Source: an uncultured bacterium
GTDB taxonomy: Bacteria; CSSED10-310; CAZUFC01
Reading direction: 5' to 3'
Assembly (NCBI GenBank): GCA_964619725.1
Contig: CAZUFC010000091.1
Span: forward strand, 1 to 36,134
Length of the DNA: 36,134 nucleotides
In this document: positions 29,215-36,134 of the stretch, piece by piece
How the letters are laid out: each line of letters begins with the position of its first letter
Position numbering within the stretch: the stretch's first letter is position 1
The notes under the pieces: generated by a model
What the model was told of the DNA's origin: nothing
The model's database searches: none
The model's input: the letters and a program-made list of their open reading frames with translations, nothing else
Program-made: the position numbers and the translations under genes

Positions 29215-29751
29215 TCAGCTCAGGGCTTTAAACGGTTCGAACGTTAGAAAATCGGCGTGATGCACGATATAGGATTCGACGGTCCGGGGACCGAGATCGC
29301 CTTCCTTGGAATGAGTAGCGATAATGTGGCAGATATCGTCGGGAATATCGAACCGGTAAGCCAGGCCCACGCCGCTGAAGGGATGCCGCAAAAGTTTGCC
29401 GGAGTCGCTGACCGCCATTTTGCCGTCCTTCTTCGTATACTCAAGCAATTTCCCCACATCAATCAGAACAGCCCCCGCAATGAGTTTGTCCATATCGATA
29501 GGCAGAGCATCGCCGTAAAATTTTTTCATAATGAGCGCCGCTTCACGGCATATCTGCACCACGCTCCTTTTATGAGCGATAAAACTGACGGCTTTGGACG
29601 TCAGCAAGGTGAACGGCACTTCTGAAAGGTCTTCAGGTTTCAAAACGCTGAGTTCAAAAGCATGCTCCCAGACCTTCGCCGTTTTTTCACGAAGCTCTTC
29701 ATCTTCTATCCACTCGATTTCCGGAAATAATTCTTTTATTCTTTCGTTCAT
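29215..29751 (-). CDS. HD-domain (HDIG-like) phosphohydrolase family protein
   Basis: AGGAGG RBS; H...LIDVGKLLEY...RHPFSG...HS...HHAD pattern. Confidence 0.82.
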   Translation of the reverse strand: MNERIKELFPEIEWIEDEELREKTAKVWEHAFELSVLKPEDLSEVPFTLLTSKAVSFIAHKRSVVQICREAALIMKKFYGDALPIDMDKLIAGAVLIDVGKLLEYTKKDGKMAVSDSGKLLRHPFSGVGLAYRFDIPDDICHIIATHSKEGDLGPRTVESYIVHHADFLTFEPFKALS

Positions 29752-29767
29752 GGGACAACCTCCTGGT

Positions 29768-29953
29768 TCAAGTAAACAACGAACCTATTAAAACAGACTT
29801 TTGAATGATTGTCATCACACGCTTCGTCGTATAATCCGCATAACCGCCGTGATTAAACCCGTCAATATCGAAACGACTCACCCAGTGAGGAATATAATCG
29901 AATATCTCCTGGACGGTAAATTCGCGTGGAATGTAACCCGGCGAATCCTTCAC
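29768..29953 (-). pseudogene. Probable gene fragment, possibly an alpha/beta-hydrolase C-terminus
   Basis: DIDGFNHGGYADY resembles the IEGGNHxxFGDY catalytic-His motif; the frame begins exactly at the edge of the repeat cluster. Confidence 0.3.
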
Positions 29954-29959
29954 TATCTA

Positions 29960-30102
29960 GTTTTTGTCCATAAACGGCGAATTTTCCCTAATGCTGCTTC
30001 AGGCGTCGGATTTGCTCAGTCAACGTATAATAAATACGCCTTCTTCGTAAATCCTTGCCTTCCTTGCCTTGAGAAAAATTCGCCCGTTTATGGATCAAAA
30101 AC
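29960..30102. mobile_element. MITE/REP-like palindromic element (~143 bp)
   Basis: Left end GTTTTTGTCCATAAACGGCGAATTTT and right end AAAATTCGCCCGTTTATGGATCAAAAAC are imperfect inverted repeats; nested inner stems GGATTTGC/GTAAATCC and CGTAT/ATACG. Confidence 0.65.
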
Positions 30103-30105
30103 CCA

Positions 30106-30223
30106 AGTGGCTGTCCAGCATTAAATTTTGAATCGAGATTCGAGTTTATGGACAGGCACTATCTAGTGACTGTCCAACATTAAATTTTGAATCGACAATC
30201 GAGTTTATGGACAGTCACTATCT
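30106..30223. repeat. Two tandem 59-bp palindromic units
   Basis: AGTGRCTGTCCARCATTAAATTTTGAATCGA..TCGAGTTTATGGACAGKCACTATCT at 30106-30164 and 30165-30223; ends are inverted (AGTGACTGTCCA/TGGACAGTCACT). Confidence 0.9.
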
Positions 30224-30605
30224 AGTAACCGAATTTTTTGATTATTCCATGCAAAGCGCCTTTGGGCTGCACGACTTTCATTATAGTATTCATCTCTCTC
30301 ATCCCATGGTGAATCGGTAATTCTGCGTATAACTCCGAATGAATCACGCCCTAAAATTCACCAAAAAACGGCAAAAACTCATTCTCGGTTTGGTGAAATC
30401 AACTGAAAATGAAATTAATTTATACCAAGCCTCTAAAACGCCCCCAGGGTTTCATATTAGGCGTATCCTGACCCAACCGACGGTTGCTTTTGAGGGACAA
30501 ACAGGGAGGCTTGCAATAACGGATCGCTTCAACATGGGGCGCTTGCACTTCCTCCGTTCTCAGACAAAATGACTTCCTGTCATTCCAGTTCCAAAGAGAA
30601 TGCTG

Positions 30606-30640
30606 AAAAAAAAGCTGAAGACCGGTTAAAGCCTTCAGCT
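30606..30640 (-). terminator. Rho-independent terminator of the RRM gene
   Basis: AGCTGAAG/CTTCAGCT stem followed on the minus strand by a T-tract, 25 bp after the stop. Confidence 0.75.
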
Positions 30641-30665
30641 CTTTACTTCAAATTGGATTTACATC

Positions 30666-30983
30666 TCAGAAGCGATTGCGTCCGCCGCCGCCGAATCCAC
30701 CTCGCCGACGTCCTCCTCCTCCGCCGCGATTATCGCGTTGGGCTTTCGGACGCGCTTCATTGACCGTAATGGCTCTACCGTTGAGTTCTTTTCCGTTCAG
30801 TTCCTCAATTGCTTTTGAGGCTTGTTCCTTATCAGACATCTCAACGAAACCGAAACCTTTTGACCGGTCCGTATAACGGTCCATGATTATTCTTGCAGAT
30901 TCAACTTCGCCGTACCCTGCAAACATCTCTTTGAGTTGATCATCTGTTACCTGATAATCAAGATTGCCGACATAAATATTCAT
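30666..30983 (-). CDS. RRM RNA-binding protein with Gly/Arg-rich tail
   Basis: RNP2 IYVGNL, RNP1 KGFGFVEM, VNEARP and GGGGGRRRGG tail. Confidence 0.96.
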   Translation of the reverse strand: MNIYVGNLDYQVTDDQLKEMFAGYGEVESARIIMDRYTDRSKGFGFVEMSDKEQASKAIEELNGKELNGRAITVNEARPKAQRDNRGGGGGRRRGGFGGGGRNRF

Positions 30984-31452
30984 TTCTCAAATCCTCTATC
31001 GCCATGGTTAATTAGATCGAAAATCTGTCCATGGCGTGAAACATCTTTCGACGGTAACCTTTTCGGTTCCCAAACAACAATAATAATCTTATCACAGCAG
31101 AAAGTCAATTTCAAATATATTAATTATCTTTCAAGAAAAAAAGTTGAAAAAACGAGTGATCAACCCCCAGTTTCATCAGTCCCGAAAATTTTAAGAACTA
31201 TGGCGCTTGCATATTAGAAAGCGGATTATGACCTTTTTGCAGGAAATGGAGAAACGTTCTCATTCGAGAATGCGCTGAAAATCAGCGCACTATCCAGGAA
31301 AAGTCTGAAGAAACTCATCTACAGATTCAAACAAAAGATGACTGTCCTCAATAAGCGCATTCCTCCTGCCTGAGAAAAAATGTCAAGGGATTTTTCGGGT
31401 CCGTCGCGGCTGATTCAAAAGTCCGCCCTGTATATTGAAAAAAAAAAGGCGG

Positions 31453-31875
31453 CTACAATATTCCTGCCGTTTTAAATGCTTTCTCCAGCAATTCCGACAA
31501 CTCCAATTCAGATGCCCTGTGATGCGGGTAATCAATGTCAAGCTTGTCCCTCTGGACTTTTAGAAGGCCGAGAACAGCTTTCCATTGCCGGCACGATATC
31601 ATGTCCCCTTTCCGGTACCGGTCCAGCTTGTTCAAATGTCCTCAGGGGATGTAATAAAAAAATAAACGATTCGGTCTTTCCTCATCAAGCACATCATACC
31701 GACGCCGCGTGAAAGCCTTCTTTTCCTAAGGCGTGTCCTTGATCAGGAAAACATCGATTTTAATCATGGCAGCCAAATGAATCCGTGACATTTTTTCCGC
31801 TGGTCCCGTATTTCGCATGAGCGAATACAGAAATTCCTCTGCCTTGCTGTTCGTATCCGAAATTCCTGTTTGCAT
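31453..31875 (-). pseudogene. Degraded two-gene module: small partner N-terminus fused to the C-terminal half of a nucleotidyltransferase-like protein
   Basis: ATG 31875 MQTGISDTNSKAEEFLYSLMRNTGPAEK, then IHLAAMIKIDVF, TAG (31726-31728), KKAFTRRR, FFITSPEDI in a shifted frame, then LNKLDRYRKG...RQWKAVLGLLKVQ. Confidence 0.65.
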
Positions 31876-32086
31876 TTTCTCGACTTCTCACGGAATAAAA
31901 GCAGTTTTAAAAGAAATAGTTGTTGTAGGAAATAGACCGAAACCTGATCAGTTCCTGATGCTTCCTCCTCACGGAATAGTAAACTTATCGTAACCAAAAA
32001 TTCTATGGCGTTTAAAATATCTTGCTTTTATTTCTGTTTTGGAATAAACTCCATTTTGGTTATGCTTATTCGGAGGTAACTTCCTG

Positions 32087-33247
32087 ATGGTTTATTTCGA
32101 GAGAATTATCGACATGGAACTGCCGAAAGGGCAGTCTGCTTTCCTGTGGGGCGCGCGGAAAACGGGAAAGTCCACCTACCTGAATAAACAATTCAGCGAC
32201 AGTATTTTGTATGATTTTCTTCAGACCGATTTAACGTTCGAGCTGATCAAACGTCCCTGGAAGCTGAGGGAGATGCTGGCGGCGGAAAACGCGGCAAAAT
32301 TGAATCGTCCCATAATATTGGATGAGGTGCAGAAGGTCCCTCAAGTTTTGAATGAAGTGCACTGGTTAATAGAAAACAGGAATTTATCATTCATATTGTG
32401 CGGATCAAGTGCAAGAAAACTAAAAAGAGGAAATGCCAATCTTCTGGGCGGAAGGGCATGGCGGTATGAGTTATATCCTTTGACGTCGAAAGAAGTGGAA
32501 AATCCTTCTCTTTTACGCGTATTGAACCGGGGCATGTTGCCGGCGCACTATCTTCAGGAGAAACACGAAAAATCCATCAAGGCGTATGTCGGGGATTACC
32601 TGAAAGAAGAGGTATTTGCGGAGGGTTTGACCAGAAACGTGCCGGCATTTTCCCGTTTTTTCGAAGCAATGGCCTATTCACATGGAGAAATGATTAACTA
32701 TTCCAATATAGCCAGGGATTGCGGAGTAGACTCAAAGACCGTCAAGGAATACTTTCTGATATTGACGGACACGTTATTGGGCCGACTCGTTTCACCGTTC
32801 AAAAGGCGACAGAGCCGCCGGGAAATACTCAAAACCCCCAAGTTTTATCTTTTTGATGTAGGAATTGCCGGTGGAATAATTAAGAGGGAGATCAAGGAGG
32901 AGCGGGGAGAGCAATTCGGCAAAGCGCTGGAGCATTTTATTTTCATGGAATTGCAGGCGTATGATTCATACCGGGAAACAGATTTTGATATAAACTACTG
33001 GCGCACGAAGACGGGATTGGAGGTTGATTTCATCCTGGGAAGGGGACATACGGCTATTGAAGTGAAGGGTTCAGATAATATAAAAAACAGAGATTTACAT
33101 CCGATGAAAGCTTTCATTGAAGAATACTCGCCGAAAAACGCAATCGTAGTCTGCAATGAAAAAAGGGCAAGGATCCAAAAAGGAATAAGAATATTACCCT
33201 GGCGAATGTTTCTGGAAGAACTGTGGGAAGGAAAAATAATCGGGTAG
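32087..33247 (+). CDS. AAA+ ATPase (AAA_14-like) with DUF4143/PD-(D/E)xK-like C-terminus
   Basis: GGAGG RBS; Walker A GARKTGKS, Walker B ILDEVQ, CGSS, LLGGRA, PKFYLFDVG, YWRT..GLEVDF...AIEVK. Confidence 0.92.
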   Translation: MVYFERIIDMELPKGQSAFLWGARKTGKSTYLNKQFSDSILYDFLQTDLTFELIKRPWKLREMLAAENAAKLNRPIILDEVQKVPQVLNEVHWLIENRNLSFILCGSSARKLKRGNANLLGGRAWRYELYPLTSKEVENPSLLRVLNRGMLPAHYLQEKHEKSIKAYVGDYLKEEVFAEGLTRNVPAFSRFFEAMAYSHGEMINYSNIARDCGVDSKTVKEYFLILTDTLLGRLVSPFKRRQSRREILKTPKFYLFDVGIAGGIIKREIKEERGEQFGKALEHFIFMELQAYDSYRETDFDINYWRTKTGLEVDFILGRGHTAIEVKGSDNIKNRDLHPMKAFIEEYSPKNAIVVCNEKRARIQKGIRILPWRMFLEELWEGKIIG

Positions 33248-33687
33248 TTTCCTGTCCGTCGAATCATTCATAAATCAAGCTCCCCGTTTCCGCCCCAAGT
33301 TTAATACGGAAAGTTGAACTGATCCGCTGCACACGCCACCGTGATCCATTCAGGTCAAGGCGTCCTCGCCCCGTTCCGTCGAGTCTCCGGTATAAATTTT
33401 GCTATAATATCATGAATTTTATCGTGAATCAGTTTCATGATGCGGTTTGCCGATAAAAAATCATAATTTTCCGAAAAAAATCCCGCCAAAGGACAAACTG
33501 AAAAATGCTTTTTTTCCGAAGCCGTTTCCGCCGCATACTCATTCACGCGTGAATCCCGGTCATCTTGACCCGGCGATATTGTGTGCATCCTTGACATGGC
33601 AGACTAAATCAATCCTCATATCCATAGGCTTCATTCAACCAACTGTCTGGGAGATTCATCCGTCTAAGCTTGCCGCGAAGCGGTTTA

Positions 33688-33776
33688 GTTCAACGGCTCA
33701 GGATAACCGGCGTCGAGGGAGTCGTGTTGACTTTTGGTTAAGTGTTTTCGCCGTCCGGTTCATCCGGTGGTTATCC
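33688..33776 (-). mobile_element. Integron attC site (89 bp)
   Basis: Minus strand: R'' GGATAAC, L'' GGATGAAC (extra G), L' GTTATCC, R' GTTGAAC; 21 bp after the PIN toxin stop. Confidence 0.85.
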
Positions 33777-33797
33777 ACTGGCTAATGGGAAAAGTAT

Positions 33798-34250
33798 TCA
33801 CTTAGCATTCCCCTCCATTTCATCTGATGAGGCCGATCTTCCTTGCAGCATCGCATCTATTTCATCAGGACCAAACACCGGCAGAACAGCATGTTTAAAA
33901 TCGGCAATATCACGGGTGATTATCCCATCGGCAGAGATAGCTCTTGCTGATTCATGCAGCACGGCATCTTCAAAATCGCCGAAATCCAGGGTCAAAGCAT
34001 CCAATAATACAGGTCGGTTTACAGGAGCGATTTCAAACAGCTTCAATAATGAAGAAAGACATTTCCTTGCGACATCAACCCCAAGGTTTTTGCGAACAAT
34101 GTAATAAATTGTCGTTACAGTTGTTCCGCACAGGTAACCCGCTATCTCGCCTGTTTCCACTAGAGCGAATATTCGTAAGGCTGATTCCCCAAACGGATGT
34201 CGTTTGAGCAGGACATCCAAAATGACGTTTGTATCAACCAGAACTTTCAT
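33798..34250 (-). CDS. PIN-domain (VapC-like) toxin
   Basis: MKVLVDTNVILD, DFEDAV, IITRD..DF; ATGA overlap with the upstream antitoxin. Confidence 0.92.
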   Translation of the reverse strand: MKVLVDTNVILDVLLKRHPFGESALRIFALVETGEIAGYLCGTTVTTIYYIVRKNLGVDVARKCLSSLLKLFEIAPVNRPVLLDALTLDFGDFEDAVLHESARAISADGIITRDIADFKHAVLPVFGPDEIDAMLQGRSASSDEMEGNAK

Positions 34251-34492
34251 CGGTGCTTTTCCTCGAGATGATCAAAATATTCACGCTCATCAGCACAGGT
34301 TCCTTCGAGAATTCCCCAAAGGGAGCGCGTGATGGGCGGCAAGTCATCCGCCATTACTGCCGCCGAGGTCCTGCTAAGGAAGGCGAAGTAATTCTCGACT
34401 AGCTTGGATAAAGATGTTTCTTTGCGCTGAGCATAATCTTTCGCCCGCTCTATTATCTCAGAGTCCAATCGGAGAGTCAGTTTGGTTTGCAT
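34247..34492 (-). CDS. RHH-type antitoxin (DUF6364-like)
   Basis: TKLTLRLD.EIIERAK.YA....SLSKLVENYF and PPITRSLWGIL; AAGGAGG RBS. Confidence 0.88.
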   Translation of the reverse strand: MQTKLTLRLDSEIIERAKDYAQRKETSLSKLVENYFAFLSRTSAAVMADDLPPITRSLWGILEGTCADEREYFDHLEEKHR

Positions 34493-34502
34493 AAGCGCCT
34501 CC

Positions 34503-34554
34503 TTGCACGTGCAATCACCTCATCTAATATACGTCATCTCTTGTTGGATGTCAA
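34503..34554 (-). promoter_or_regulatory. TA-cassette promoter and palindromic operator
   Basis: TTGACA (34554-34549), 17 bp, TATATT (34531-34526); perfect palindrome TTGCACGTGCAA at 34503-34514 abutting the RBS. Confidence 0.75.
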
Positions 34555-34679
34555 AAATTTAATAATTTCAGAACTCCTGATAAGGACAACCTAACATATT
34601 GAAATCAATTGTCTTTTTTATACAGAGTCTCGGCATAAAATTGTGCAGTTTTTAGCCCCCCCTATATCCGGTAGAAGAG

Positions 34680-34783
34680 CGTTGATTTAATCGAAATTCG
34701 ATGCGAACCATGGAAATAAGAAAAGATTTTGAGATATGATGTCTAATGATTTTTAAGGGCTTTCATTTTCAATTAAATCAACG
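34680..34783. repeat. Inverted-repeat-bounded element (MITE-like)
   Basis: CGTTGATTTAATCGAAA (34680-34696) and TTTCAATTAAATCAACG (34767-34783) are a 16/17 inverted match. Confidence 0.55.
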
Positions 34784-34984
34784 GACCCACAGGCGGGGGG
34801 ACTTTGTTTTACTTGAATTTTTTTGATCGATTGCTGGATTTTCGTCAAACATTTCACAATTTTTTATCGGTCAATGTCAGGATATGTGAATTTCTATTGC
34901 CCAAACAAACGATTTCAGCGTTTTATGTCAAGGAACACAAAGTTTTCTAGCATAAGACGATATTATTGACTCACGATGCTATTC

Positions 34985-35054
34985 GGATAACGGTTAAAAT
35001 CAGCCGCCAACCGGAGCACCGCGGAGGTTGGTCGGCTGCATTTTTTTGTTATGC
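34985..35054 (-). mobile_element. Integron attC site (70 bp)
   Basis: Minus strand: R'' GCATAAC, L'' AAATGCAG (extra G), CCGACCAACC/GGTTGGCGG stem, L' CTGATTT, R' GTTATCC; 19 bp after a stop codon. Confidence 0.9.
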
Positions 35055-35073
35055 AAACTCTTAACTTCACAAA

Positions 35074-35463
35074 TTATATTTTCCATTCAATATGTCCCTC
35101 TTTTTCAGCGCCAGAACACCAATATGACATGCCGACATGCGAAACACGAATAACTTTCCCCATACGTTTGGCTTTTGTTTTAAATCTTTGATGATGAATT
35201 ACTCGGCGGATAAAATTAGCGACTTCTTCTTTCCTCACATCGAGATAAACCAGACAGTATCCTGAATAACATAATTTGCGGTTATAAAAATCGTCATCAC
35301 GAGTAAAAAATGTGGGTTTATTTAGTTGATGTAAATAGGGAATTATTTCAGAATCTTTCATCCCCTTCCGTCCAACTTCATATCCAATCTGACGCACATT
35401 TATCCTCAAGCTTTTTAACAGGCGACGCTGGTTGTCGATAATGTTTTCGTCGAGAATATTCAT
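35074..35463 (-). CDS. PIN-like toxin (DUF5615/VapC45-like)
   Basis: MNILDENI, KDSEII, FFTRDDDF; ATGA overlap with the DUF433 gene. Confidence 0.8.
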   Translation of the reverse strand: MNILDENIIDNQRRLLKSLRINVRQIGYEVGRKGMKDSEIIPYLHQLNKPTFFTRDDDFYNRKLCYSGYCLVYLDVRKEEVANFIRRVIHHQRFKTKAKRMGKVIRVSHVGMSYWCSGAEKEGHIEWKI

Positions 35464-35732
35464 ACCGCTGTGGAGTCCAAAGTGTATTTCTCTGCATTTT
35501 CAAGAAAAGCTTGTCTTGATAATCTGACAGATTCAGCGATAGCCTCATAGGAAACACTTCCACGCCATTCTTGAATGATTGTCTCCCAGGCAAGACCAGC
35601 TGCGACTTGTTCAAGAACATCAGCAACTAAAATGCGTGTTCCACGAAATGTCGGCTTACCATGACAAATTTCCGGATCAGTGACGATGTAACGTCCAACG
35701 AATTTTCTTTTCACCTTTTTAACGTCTCCCAT
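35460..35732 (-). CDS. DUF433 antitoxin
   Basis: IVTDPEICHGKPTFRGTRILVADVLE; AAGGAGG RBS before ATG 35732. Confidence 0.92.
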   Translation of the reverse strand: MGDVKKVKRKFVGRYIVTDPEICHGKPTFRGTRILVADVLEQVAAGLAWETIIQEWRGSVSYEAIAESVRLSRQAFLENAEKYTLDSTAV

Positions 35733-35756
35733 TGATTTCTTATCCTCCTTAATCAT

Positions 35757-35814
35757 CTGTGTGTCGATCCACACACATCCGCTTAATTATAAAAATTTAA
35801 TATTGAAAGATCAA
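35757..35814 (-). promoter_or_regulatory. Promoter and operator-like inverted repeat of the DUF433 cassette
   Basis: TTGATC (35814-35809), 17 bp, TATAAT (35791-35786); TGTGTG-tcgatc-CACACA inverted repeat between promoter and RBS. Confidence 0.65.
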
Positions 35815-35855
35815 TAACGTGGAATCCATATCGCTATAGAAAATAGAAATCAGAC

Positions 35856-35914
35856 AACGAACGTTCTGCGTCAGCCGCAAGCGAAGCGAATCAGACTGAA
35901 CGCAGTTGTTATGC
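35856..35914 (-). mobile_element. Integron attC site (59 bp)
   Basis: Minus strand: GCATAAC-AACT-GCGTTCAG...CTGACGC-AGAAC-GTTCGTT, i.e. R'', L'' with an extra T, L' and a degenerate R'; 7 bp after a stop codon. Confidence 0.85.
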
Positions 35915-35921
35915 CAAAAAT

Positions 35922-36134
35922 TTATTTGGTTAGCATCCAAAACAGCAGCCCCAAGGATAAGATTGTGCCAATCCCGGCAGAGGCAGCACACAAATAATAG
36001 AACAGGCTGTTTGCTTTACTCATGCCTTTTGTTCCAAAAGTGACATATCTTTTATTCCTGAAATGAGGAATCTTGGCCATAACCCAAGTTTCCCAGAAGG
36101 AAAAATAAGAATTCAGTAAAATCAATGGGTTAGG
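35922..36134 (-). CDS. Partial cassette-borne hypothetical membrane protein (5' end outside window)
   Basis: Frame is open to the window edge, has a hydrophobic C-terminal helix, and stops just before attC. Confidence 0.6.
   Translation of the reverse strand, partial: PNPLILLNSYFSFWETWVMAKIPHFRNKRYVTFGTKGMSKANSLFYYLCAASAGIGTILSLGLLFWMLTK

Noticed and set aside
30106-30223. Possible CRISPR mini-array
   Set aside because: Only two units, with near-identical interiors (no unique spacers) and no cas genes.
30339-30572. 77-aa ORF and TTCACCAAA/TTTGGTGAA hairpin
   Set aside because: No RBS or motif, and no independent support for the hairpin.
31642-31644. In-frame TGA as possible selenocysteine
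   Set aside because: The conserved-looking SPEDI block is in another frame and a TAG is also present, so this is frameshift decay.
33355-33687. Further cassettes or ORFs beyond the last attC (including short MNLPDSWLNEAYGYED)
   Set aside because: No additional attC found and the ORFs lack an RBS or recognisable motifs.
35797-35991. 64-aa minus-strand ORF
   Set aside because: Reads through the attC site and the next cassette's promoter; a typical attC artefact.

Overview
Bacterial chromosomal window with four parts. (1) 1-6.2 kb: signalling, with a nonsense-disrupted stand-alone receiver gene and a very large hybrid histidine kinase (9 PAS + GAF + HisKA/HATPase + REC). (2) 6.4-17.6 kb: a membrane-anchored SGNH protein facing a minus-strand cluster of four cobalamin-binding radical SAM enzymes plus a GNAT, followed by transketolase. 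(3) 17.7-28.5 kb: cell-surface genes: a 3xLamG/Ser-Pro-Thr-rich protein with an IPTL-CTERM-like tail, a collagen-like fibre protein, a polytopic GT-C-like/TPR membrane protein, and two ORFs sharing an uncharacterised C-terminal domain. (4) 28.7-36.1 kb: an increasingly accessory region with a tandem ZAS-like protein, an HD protein, a cluster of palindromic MITE/REP-like elements, an RRM protein, a deletion-fused pseudogene and an AAA+/DUF4143 ATPase. It ends in the distal part of an integron cassette array: three clear attC sites on the minus strand, two toxin-antitoxin cassettes with their own promoters and one partial cassette gene, with no integrase inside the window. No rRNA, tRNA or CRISPR array was seen. 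Family names come from motif recognition by eye, not from database searches.
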